DNA of 63,687 bases, the filler included, from Folioceros fuciformis (lineage: Eukaryota): NCBI GenBank assembly GCA_049999805.1. It is 4 parts of 4 records of this genome, joined end to end, with 100 filler letters (N's around TTAATTAATTAA, not from the genome) between each part and the next. Parts side by side here need not be neighbours in the genome. Positions count along the whole stretch, not along the records: positions 46,624 to 53,374 come from JBNGIO010006057.1; positions 53,475 to 63,687 come from JBNGIO010006059.1; 2 more parts are not named here. The stretch is one strand, 5' to 3'. Positions 50,675 to 61,836 of the stretch are shown piece by piece. Within the stretch, counting starts at the first letter, position 1. Every line of letters starts with the position of its first letter. The position numbers and the translations under genes are program-made. The notes under the pieces were generated by a model. That model had not been told where the DNA came from. It did not search any database and was given only the letters and a program-made list of their open reading frames with translations.

Positions 50675-51697
50675 ATGGCAAGAACTCGCAAGAGATCTCG
50701 ACATCCAGGCTCATGGTCTCAAAGGCAAACTGGGCCTCAATCTAACGATAAAACTGGGCCTCAATCTCAATCTGCAAGGGATCAGGTATCCGGACGATGT
50801 CCAATCTTCGGAATTCTGAATCCTCCCAGGGAATTGCAGGCCCTGTCTTCTTCTGATCAGATTGCAATTTGGCTCTCTGCCCATGGCTGGCTACATGGAA
50901 TCCAGGCGTATGTACCTCTCTCAAATTCGCTTGAGATTGCTGCTTCTAGGCCTGAGATTGCCCAGAATTGCCCTTGCTTCAGTCCAGATTGCACACACAG
51001 GAATCCCAGATTGTTTGCTCTTCAGGTAGGAGCTCGCCAAGCGGATCTGGCAGCAGGGGGAGCACAATCCTTTCCCAACCACAATTCTTTGTAGGAGGTG
51101 CAGGTTCAGGGAGAGGCCTCCCACATCGCCGCAGCGCGTGAGGATGCCCTCGCAGTGCGCGGAACGGCACGGGGGTCTGAACCGGTGCCCCCGCCCAGTA
51201 GTTACGGATCGGTTCATTATGAACTGGTGCCCGTGACCGGGTGTGCACCGGTTCATAACCGAACCGGCGGTTCAGGCCCGGACCTGACCTATCCCTCCCC
51301 GGATCTAACTAATCCTTATTTTTCTAAGAATTCTGGTTTTCAGGACTTTACTGGTGGCCTTTCTACACATAATACAGCCTCTCAACAATTGATCTCCGCG
51401 CCTGTTGGACCAGCTCTTGTGAAAATCGAATCGGACTCTTCGCCACCTCCACATCGCAGATTGGCCATTCGAGTTGTTCCTCCCAAGCGCTCTCTGGCAG
51501 AAGTTTATGCTTCGTGTGGTGATCCTCTTGGATCCACTGCTCCTCCGGCTCGGCGGGATAGACTTCTGGCTCTCTGGCAATCGGTGGCCAACGCCAACGA
51601 AGACCTTCTTAACTTGGCAACCCAAATTCAAGAATTTCAAGGGCTTGACCTAAGTTCCGAGAGTGCTGAAGTCACCGAGCCCTCCTCCTCTCCCTAG
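50675..51697 (+). pseudogene. ORF0 of K, 340 codons with one internal TAG (51092-51094)
   Basis: ORFs 50675-51094 and 51098-51697 are in the same frame; MARTRKRSRH...RRLAIRVVPP...RLLALWQSVANANEDLLNLATQIQEF. Confidence 0.65.
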
Positions 51698-51855
51698 ATC
51701 ACTTGTAGCAAGGGAGGAATTATGACGGTTGGATCCTAAAATACAAGTGGTAATATATTTATTATATTAATCTCGTGCTTTGTACCTACCTCGTACACTC
51801 GGCGTTGTGTTACAACATATCGTCGACTTACGCGTTGAAGTCAAATTCATGAGAA

Positions 51856-53374
51856 ATGTCAGGCGCTTCCAGCTCTGGGTCAGGGTTAGGTACTGGTGAC
51901 GGGTTCTACGGGTCTCCACTTCGGCAAGGCTCCAGACCCCCGTCACCACCCATGGGTGGGCCCCCGATTATCCCACCATCTTCACCTTCGGGTGGGCCGT
52001 TGGGTAACCCACCACCCCCACCTCTCGGTGGCCCAGCCGGCCCACTGCCGCCTCTACCCACTGTAGGACCTCAACCTTACTTCAACATCGTTAATATCAA
52101 TATTGACTTTAAGGAAAAGGATAGATTTAACGGTACGAAGTTTGAGGTGTGGTCTAAGCGCATGAAGACTGCCTTAAACACCCGGGACCTTCTTCCAATT
52201 GTGGAAGGAACCATCCCCAAGCCCATTGGTAATCCGATTGCCCTTGATGCTTGGATTCGTCAAGATCGCCAGGCCATGTAGATGTTGATCTCTGGTCTTG
52301 ACGAGGTTACCTTACATCACACTGATGGTGCGTCCACGTCAGCTGAAGCTTGGAAGCAAATCACTGATATCTATCGGTCCACTAACGTGATGATGTTGGT
52401 CACTGTACGCTTAGAGTTTTATTCTTTGCATATGGGCCCTAATGACAGCGTTGCTCAACAAGTTAGTAAGTTTCGATATTTGCGAGCCCAGCTTGCTGCT
52501 CTAGGGACCACCATCACAGAATTTGAAGCTGCTGTTCAGTTATTGGCTAGCCTCCCTGCTAGCTACCAGACCTTTGTCTCCTCACAAAATCAGATGGTGA
52601 GAAATGCACATCAGGCTGTGCAGTTGGGTATGGTACCCAACATCACCGTGTCCGAGATCGCTGGAGCCCTCCTTCAAGAGGAGGCTGCCACGTTCAACGT
52701 TGGGACTTCAAAACATGGAGGAGACCGGGTTATGTTCGTCGCCAAAGGACGTCAACAACAGCGTAAGAATTCTACTAAACCTAAAAACAGGAACACTTCC
52801 CAAGGTTCCGACAAGCCTGCTTCCTCACCTGGCTCTTCTACCAAGACTCCCAAGCGACAAGGCCCGTGCAATTGGTGCCAAACGCTAGGTCACTGGGAGC
52901 GGGAGTGCAGGAAGAAGCAAGCTGGTGAGGCCAAGCGAGAGCACCGTACGGCCAACTCGGCTACTGTCTCGACTAAGGCCAAGAATCCTTCTCAACCTGG
53001 AATTGCTCTCACTGTTTGTCTTGTGGCATTTGAGCACAGTCAGTCATGGCTGATTGATTCTGCTGCGTCTGCGCACATCTGTAGTCACAAGACCATGTTC
53101 ACGACGTATGAGGCGGCTGCTAACATTCAGCGCTTCGTTCTTCTCGGAGATGACTCTGGTCTTTCCATTGCGGGGATTGGCTCCGTCGCCTTCACTCTGG
53201 CTGACAGCTCCCTCATGGTGCTTTCTCATGTTTTACATGTTCCCCAAATGACCAAGAACCTCATCTTTGTTCGACAACTTGTCAAGGACGGCTCCTTTCG
53301 CCTCGAGTTTGGTTTTGGCGATTGTCTTCTATATCGGTCATCTAACCCTCGTGTGGTTGTTGCTAGAGGTCGTC
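51856..53374 (+). pseudogene. Element K gag-protease with one stop at 52279
   Basis: IDFKEKDRFNG, CNWCQTLGHWEREC, LTVCL...WLIDSAASAH. Confidence 0.92.
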
Positions 53375-53474
53375 NNNNNNNNNNNNNNNNNNNNNNNNNN
53401 NNNNNNNNNNNNNNNNNNTTAATTAATTAANNNNNNNNNNNNNNNNNNNNNNNNNNNNNNNNNNNNNNNNNNNN
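53375..53474. other. Artificial contig linker
   Basis: N44-TTAATTAATTAA-N44. Confidence 0.95.
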
Positions 53475-56109
53475 GAGGAAACATGACTGAAGAAACCTCA
53501 CTGGAAGATTCATCCAACTCATCAATCAAGGGAACAGCATCACCACAAACAGAGGCAGACTTACAAGAAGTAATCTCCCTAAACTACGAGCTAGTGTTGA
53601 GCTATGTGTCTGAGGGTCAAATAGCTTGTAGGCCTTGGATTCGTCTGAGTAGCCAAGAAAAACTAAGGGCTTGGACCTATGATCTAATTTCCCCCTTTTG
53701 GCTTCAGGAATGAATGCAAAGGGCTGGAGACCCAAAGACCCAAAGATGAAGAAGACTTGGCTTGCCACCCCAAAACGCCTCATAAGGTGTACGTCCTAGA
53801 AGAGCAGCTGTGACAACTCTATTCAAAATATAAGTGGCAGCAACTACAGCTTCAGCCCAAAAGGACTTTGGAAGACCTTCCCAAGCCAACATACTTCTGG
53901 TCATACCCATTAAGGTTTGATTCTTTNNNNNNNNNNCATAGGAATCCATGTGGAAATATGATCAAAGGCATCACTCTTCAGCTTTAGAGGAAAAGTCCAC
54001 GTATAGCGAGAAAAATCATCCGTGAGAGATAAGTAATACTCAGACCCACCAAGAGATTTAACTGGAAGTCTTCCTGCAAGATCTGCATGTATCAACTCAA
54101 GGACTGCTCTGGCTCTTGTAGCCATCTGATTTTTAAAGGGAAGTTCCTTTTGTTTAGATAATATACAAGCACTGCAGGGTGCAAGGTGCTTGAAACAGGA
54201 AGGCAACTTCTCACGATAGCAGCTGGAGTGAGATATCATATTGAGTTTAGACTGGTTGACATGACCCAAGCGTGTATGCCACAGCTTAGCCCGAAGAGGA
54301 TTAGAAGCCACCAATGATTGAACACTATAGGGAGAAGAGGTATCCAACTGATACAAATCATTCTGCAAAATAGCTTTAGCAACATAGTTCCCTGGATCCT
54401 TTTATTCTGTAAAGAAAACAATGGTTGTGCTCAAAGCTAAATCCATATTGTCTAGCAAAGGTAACTGCTCTAACAGAGAGCAAATTTTTACTCATAGACG
54501 GTACATACAACACATCAAAGAGCTGCAAGGAAGTCCCATCCAACAGTGGTATGTTAGCCTGACCACTTCCTTCAACCTCAAGTCCTCTAAAGTCACCAAC
54601 ATAAATAGTATGAAAAGGTGTCTGATAGCTGAACATAGAAAATAGATTCCTGTTATTGCATATGTGCGAAGTGAACCCGGAGTCCACAAACCAAATGGAG
54701 GAATTCTCCTTACTTGAGGTGAGACAAACAGTTAGAACAGAACTGCTACTCTTGTGCTGCTGAAATCTTGAAGGTGCTCCCTTGGTACTAACCTGAGCCA
54801 CATGGCGAGCCTCCTTCTTTGGTTCACCTGCCTTTTTCTTCCTACAATCACGTTCCCAATGCCCTAGGATTTGACACCAATTGCAGGTGCCCCGTCGCTT
54901 CACAACAGGAGAGGAAGATTGACCATGTGAGAATCCCTCCTTTTTGTTTTTATTGCTGCGTCCTGGACCTTTTCCTTTTGAAACGTAAAGCACCTTCTCT
55001 CCTCGGAGGCGAGACGAAGGCCCTGACTTCTGGTGGCTCTGTTCCTCTTGCAGGAGAGCCCCAATCAAGTCATTCAACATTATAAGAGAAGGTTAACCAG
55101 CACTCATAGCTTGATAAGAAGCTTGAATGGAGGTGTTCTGGCTTGACACAAAGTTCTGATAAGAAATTGATAAGCTGGAAAGCAGTTGAGCAACTGCATC
55201 CACTTCAGTCATAATGCATCCAAGAGCAGCTAGCTGAGATTGCAGATGGCAAAACTTCACAATATGTGGTCCCACTGGATCTCCATCTTGCAATTTCATG
55301 CCATAGAATTCATTTCTTGCATGTACAAGTGTAAGAATATTCTGGACCTGGTAAGTGTCCTTCAATTGTGTCCAAACTTCCACTGCAGGTGGTAAGGACT
55401 CAACTTCAATCACTGTTGTCTCATCCAGGACTGAGAGTAGAATAGCAAAGGCTATTTTATTTCCCTTCTTCCACTTATCAACCATGTCTTGTGTAACTCT
55501 TGGATCAGTGGGATCAAGCTTGGGAAGTGATCCATCAACATACTCCCACACATCCCTAGCGTCCAAGAAGGCTCGCATCCGAGCACGCCAGCTTTCGAAT
55601 TGGGAGGATTTCCCATCAAACCTATCCTTTTCTTTAAATTCACTTGAATAAGTTGCTCCAAGAGAAGTCAAGGCACCATTGGCTGATGTCATGTTGAAGG
55701 GAATAGGAGCAGCTGGTTAAGAAATAGGAGGACTAGAAATTGATCTAGCGAGCTCTTGTAGTGTCAAAGCAATTTGGGTATTTAACCTAATTTGTTCTTC
55801 AACTTCAGAATCAGAAGTGGCATATTTGTTGGCAAAATCAAACTCAACTAAATCTTCTAATTGACTACTAGAAGAGTGGGCAGACATGCACAAAGATGAA
55901 GAGCTTAAAAACAGAAACCAAAAGAAATTTAAATTAAGGTTTCCTCCATTTTTTAATTTTAACTAAATACCGGTTTGAAATACCTTGAAAATTCAAAGAC
56001 ACCAAAGCCGAGACACGAAAGGGCACAACTCAAGAGAGGGAGACGCGTCACGGGAGGCAGACACGCGCGTGTGGCAGCGCCACGAGAGCTCAAGGCTGAG
56101 TCTCGATCA
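53475..56109 (-). mobile_element. Copia element J fragment (gag, PR, IN), close relative of D; leader interrupted by H
   Basis: FKEKDRFDGKSSQFESWRARM, CNWCQILGHWERDC, WFVDSG, HADLAG. Confidence 0.9.
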
Positions 56110-56699
56110 TGTTGAAATAGCACCACTAGCTTAGATGGACTCCACACTGCATTCCTTATGGTGCATAGAATGCTACATATATAGCCTTCAGGCGGGGCAA
56201 CCCTCGATAAGGTAAGCCTTAGTCTCGAGGGTGCAATATCCTGGTATATCGTGATATATCCTGATAACACTTAGGTGGTAGATAACTACGAGTTCAATAT
56301 GGGATAATCTACATTGTCCTAAGTGTTGTATGCTCTTAATAACAATTCAGTTAGAGCTTGATTTCTAACACTCCCCCTCAAGCTCAGACTATTTGCAACA
56401 CTCCAAGCAGTTCACAAAAGTGTAAGTACTTATCTCTACCTAGCAACTTAGTAAAGATATCTGCTACCTGGTCTTTGAGCAACAGCGCTTTCACGCGAAC
56501 ACACACTTCTATTGATAGAATGAATCCATTACATAGGAAGGCGGTTGGCCGTTGGATAACTAACTCGCTAAATAAATCATTTCACATTTCTAACGGCTAA
56601 GAAATACATAAAGCATCAACTGCTTTCACACTCCCTCTATTTCTGCTATTAGCTAACTAGTTTAATTTAGAATATAGCTTGTGCTTCGAATCTTCGAGT

Positions 56700-59600
56700 T
56701 ATTCGACTTACTCGAATAGCTCCAGCTGTGCACCAGTCCGAGCTTACCTCTCGCTCGTCGCGCACGCTACTTGTAGCCCCAACGCCTTGCGATGCTTCTC
56801 GTGCTTCTGCTGAGACAAGGGCTTGGTCAACAAATCTGCTTGGTTTTCGTCAGTCAAAACATAGTGTAGCTGCACCACGCTACGCTCAATGAGCTGCCGA
56901 ATGAAGTGAATTTTGAGTTCAACATGCTTGGTGCGGCTATGAAAGACTGGATTTGCGTCAAGGCTATCGCCGACTGAGAATCTGAGTAAAGCTTGGTCAA
57001 CTCAGTGTATGGCATCTCCAGCCCCTCCGCGAAACCTCTCTAGCAGGTAATTTCCTTTGTAGTTTCTGTACAAGAGGCATACTCAGCCTCGGCTGACGAT
57101 AGGCAAATCGTCGGCATCTTTTTGCTTCGCCATGAAATGGCCGCTTGTGCTGCCATGATTACTTAAGCTGCAGTGGACCTTCTCTTCTCAAGATCTCCAG
57201 CCCAGTCGCTAACGGAGAAGGCCTTGATTTCCATCGGAAGCACTGATTCTGTGCCCCGATACACAAGCGCAAATTCTAGGGTTCCTTTCAAGTAGCAAAG
57301 TATTCGCTTTACTACGGTCCAGTGAGCTTCACCATATGCTTGAAAGGGTTTGCAAACATAGGATACTGACTTACTAATATCAGGTCTGGTTGAAACCTGC
57401 AGATGTTGCAAAGATCCGCAAGCTGCTCTGTATGGTATCTGCTGCATTCGAGCCAAGTCCTCAGATGAAATCGGTTCAGGTAGAGATTGCAGTTGAGATG
57501 TGGTTGAAGTAGGTGTAGAGCAGGGTTTTGAGCTGTCCATATTAAATTTTCTCAAAACCTGGCTTACGTAAGCTGCTTGTGACAAACTTATCTCATGCTT
57601 GCTTTTGTCTCTCTTAATGTTGATTCCTAAGAAGGAGTGGAGATCCCCCAGATCTGTCATTGCAAACCTGGAGCTTAATATGTTCTTGACTCTCTGTAGT
57701 GTGCTTGTAGGGCTGTCCGATACTAGGATGGTATCGTCGACATAGAGTGCTAAAATTACGAAGCCTTCATTATCTCTGAAGAGGAAGACATTCAGGTCAG
57801 ACGCATTCTGTTTGAAACCCATTTCAACCAGATAATCCCTTATGCAAGCAAACCAGCGATTTGGGCTCTGCTTGAGCCCATAAAGAGCTTTTCTCAATTT
57901 ACATACTAGGTGTTCTTGCCCCTCTTTGACTGCATAACCCTGTGGGAGTTCCATATAGATATCCTCGTCGATAATCCCATGGAGGAACACGGACTGAACG
58001 TCCATCTGGTGTAATTCGAGGTCTTTATACGCAACCAAGGCAATAAGATATCTCATAGAGCTCATTCTCACAACTAGTGAGAAAGTTTCAAGGTAATCCT
58101 CACCTGGTTTCTGTGAGAAACCCTTAACGACTAGACGGGATTTCAGTTTATCCAGACTTCCATCTGCTCTATATTTTGTTTTAAAAACCCATTTAGTTTT
58201 AATCGGCTTGCGGCCTGGTAGCAGGGGAACTAGGGTCCAAGTTTCATTTTTGGACAAGGCATCCAGCTCCCTCTGAATGGATTGCTGCCATTTCTCTGCA
58301 TTTTTACCGCTAATAGCTTCTTCGTAAGTGGCTGGATCCTCTCCTCTCTCCGATTCTTCTGCTGCCAAACTTGCTTCTATAGAAAGTGAACAAACTCTGT
58401 TATATGTTAGAGGAGGTTCTCGCCACAGCTCTCTCGGTGGCCTAGATCTTGTGGAACGTCTTGGTTCAGGTGCATTAAGTTCCTCTTCTTCTTCAGCCGG
58501 GTTGTTGTTTTGATTTTCCCGCTGATGTGGTGTATGATCATGTGGAACATATGGTGAGCGGCAGGATGGATCACTCACCTGACTGCCTCCACCTGGATCC
58601 GGTGACCCAGGAGCACCCGCACGCAGAGAGTTTAGTACAGAAGGCGCTTGTGGTCTTAGCTGCGAGTTTGGCGGGTTAAGCTCCAACTCTGATTCTAGTT
58701 GTCCAGGTTCTTCTGGATATTCAGTGAAATCAAAGCCATCATGGGCATCATGATCCGTTTTAGTACTCCCTCTGACTCTCATCCCATCTAGTCTTCTCTG
58801 AATATAACATTCTTGCTATATATAATCTTGCGTGTTTGAGGATTTATCAACTTAAATCCCTTGATGCTTCCGGAGTAGCCAATGAACATTAACTTCTGGG
58901 ACTTGGGGTCCCACTTCTTGCGTGTTTGTTCAGGAATGTGCGCATAGGCAACACAACCGAAGACTCTCATATGCTCGAGGTTTGGTTTCGTGCCCGTCCA
59001 CAGCTCAAAAGGGGTATATCCAGGTATTTTTCAAGAAGGCAGCCTGTTCTGTGAGTGAACAGCTACTGCTATTCCTTCTGCCTAGTAGCTTTTGGGCAGT
59101 GCTGCTGCTTGCAACATAGACCTTGCTGCATTGTTTAGGTCTTTGTTACGCTTCTCTGCCTCCCCGTTTTGCTGAGGATTATATGCAACTGAAAAATGTC
59201 TGTGTATGCCTTGTGCTCTACAAAATTCATTGAATTGACTGGAGATATATTCTCCTCCGTTGTCTGAGCGTAGCACCTTAAGCTGTTGGTTGGTTTGTCT
59301 TTCTGCATACGTTAGGAATTCCTGAAATTTTTCAAACACCTCTGTCCTTTTGCTCAGGAAGTACACGCAAGTGAAGTGACTTCTGTCATCAATAAATGTG
59401 ACATAGTACCGGCTACCTCCAAGAGATGCATTCTCCATGGGGCCACACACATCTGTGTGGACTAGCCCAAGGAGCTGATCCGCCCCTGAGTTGCTGCGAT
59501 AATAAGGTAATTTTTCTTGCTTACCAAATATGCAAGGTTCGCAAGTATTTCTCATGCTGACCTTAAAACGTTTAATACCGCTTGCCAGGTTTCCGTTGAT

Positions 59601-61081
59601 GAGTTCATGCAGCTTTCTGGCCGATGGATGTCCCAGTCGTTTGTGCCAGAGTTCTGTAAGAGACTCGTCTTGTTGAGACACACATATTGCATTCCGATCG
59701 GCCCTGATTGATCGGGCATCCAACATAATCAGTCCATGATCTGGGGTGCCTGACATCAGCGGTGAGCCTGGCTGTGTCTTCAAACTCACTGTGGTAATAT
59801 CATCCTCAAGTACAATTTTGTACAGCTTCAATTTCGTTAAGCTGAGTGTAGACATGAGGTTTTTGGTCAATGCAGGTACATACATAACTGGGTACAATTG
59901 TATAGTCGCCCCAGTTATAAGCTTTAGCGTAACCTTGCCTTGTCCTAGGATTGGACAAAGACGGTCATCGCCCAGAGCTACTTGTCGCGGAGGATCAAAG
60001 GGTTCAAGGTCTCCAATTACTGTTATATCGAAGCAGAAGTGATTCGACTCTCCAGAATCGAGATAGCAAAGTGAACCGTCCAACTCCGTTGACAAGGTGC
60101 ATGTAGCGATGAAGCAACCTGCTGATAACGTCTGTTGATTTTGAGTGGACTTATTTGTGGATATACCACGTTTTTTATCGTCAAATATCTTCTTAGGACA
60201 TTCTTTCCAAAAGTGCCCCGGCTTTTTGCAGTATGAGCACTTGAATCCTCGTTTGTTGAAATTTGGATTACTTGAACAGACTGTTGGTTTTCCTTGTTCT
60301 GCTGCCAAGGTTTCCTACCCTTCTGAAGCCGGCCTCTCGTAAACAAGGCACCTCCTCCCTCAGAGGTATTATTTACTCCAGTTAACTTCTTTGTATTCTC
60401 ATGTTGATACATGGCTGAGATAACCATCGTTACCATTAAATTTGCTCTGCCTTGTTGTGAGGTGATGAACACAGACCAAGAGGCTGGTAGGGAGGAAAGT
60501 AATATAACAGCAGCGTTTTCCTCAGTTACATTTGTCCCCAAGGTGGCTAGCTTGGAGCGATTCACCCTGAACTGAGTCACATGCTTCTCGACCGTATCTG
60601 CATCTGTCATTTTGAGCTGGTAAAAGTTTTGAGTTGCCATTACCAGCGATATAGTGTCTTTTGATGCATAGCTGTCCTGGATTTGATCCCAGGCCTCCTT
60701 CGCCGTGGTTGTACTGAGCATAAGATGCATGGTTTCGGATGACAGGGCTTGCATGAGAATTGTTCTAGCTTTTCGTTCATCCTTATCCCAGGCCGTAATG
60801 TCCCGGGTTTCAACTGCTGTGGGATGTGCAGGATCTGCGGGGACTAGTCTGGCCGTTTGACCTGTGACATGTCCCCAAATCTCTTTATCTTCTAATATAG
60901 ATTTGAGCCTTGCAGCCCAAATTTCGAAGTCTTTCCCTGAGAACCTGTCCTTTTCTTTAAAATCGAAGGTTGTGTAGTTGTTATTGACCGTCGCCATTCC
61001 TCTTCTCCTTGGTATTCTAATAGTATGCCTAGGAGGTGTAGGTGGAAGAGGCGGTGGAGTCGGGGGCACGCTCATGCCCAT
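56700..61081 (-). pseudogene. Element I gag-pol, disrupted; 3' boundary approximate
   Basis: ORFs 60023-61081 (DFKEKDRFSG), 59082-60308 (CSYCKKPGHFWKEC, SDNGGEY), 57163-58782 (LYVDDT). Confidence 0.93.
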
Positions 61082-61581
61082 CTACAATCTTAGACTTATG
61101 TCATGATCAGCTGAGGTAGGTGCACGCGTCTCCGACTCTGGCTTGTGATCTGATTCCGAACAGGCTCGTGTGCGGGATTCTGACAGCTTCGATAGCTGTG
61201 ATAACAGAGTGTTAATCTGTTCCAGAGATTTGCAGAAGGTGTTTCTTACGACGTCCACAGCATCAACTAAGTCCTCGAGTTGAAGACAGAGGGCTCCGTG
61301 ATGCCTGCCTTCATGAATTGCCTCGGACCTAGTCAGGTATGTCAATTCTAGCAACCGATCCACCTTGACCTCGAGATCTTGGATTGCCTGCTGATCTATA
61401 GAGCTTTCCCTTGCATGACCAGAAGGACAACGCGCTCTGTATTCAGAAAGCGCCTGTGCAGCTGCTGCCGGCTCTGGGTACGGCTGAACTCTTCAGCCCG
61501 TGTGAGCCAATCAAGATCGTAAGTTCTTGGAGTTCTTCGTGATCTATGACTTCGAGTCCAGCTAAACGCGTCGTGTGACAT
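61082..61581 (-). pseudogene. ORF0 of I, about 165 aa with one frameshift near 61397
   Basis: MSHDAFSWTRSHRSRRTPR...GKAL then DQQAIQDLEVKVDRLLEL...SLEQINTLLSQLSKL; its stop abuts the gag ATG. Confidence 0.6.
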
Positions 61582-61836
61582 AATTGCGCAGCAGCACTTA
61601 TAGATGCACGAGGTCGTCGGCGATGATAGGTATGCTAGATTCACAACATGGCCCAGATTGCCTGTTGAGGCTCTGATACCATGAGCGACAGTGCTTTCAC
61701 ACGAACACACACTTCTATTGATAGAATGAATCCATTACATAGGAAGGCAGTTGGCCGTTGGATAACTAACTCGCTAAATAAATCGTTTCACATTTCTAAC
61801 AGCTAAGAAATACATAAAGCAGCAACTGCTTTCACA

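Larger units (their letters stand above)
49952..53374 (+). mobile_element. Copia element K, 5' half, close relative of A
   Basis: LTR 49952-50159, PBS TGGTATCAGAGC 50160-50171, long ORF0, gag-protease up to the gap. Confidence 0.9.
56476..61836 (-). mobile_element. Copia element I, full length, inside RNase H of H
   Basis: 155-bp LTRs 56476-56630 and 61682-61836 (7 mismatches by eye); perfect TSD GTCTT; PBS 61670-61681; PPT TAGAGGGAG. Confidence 0.96.
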
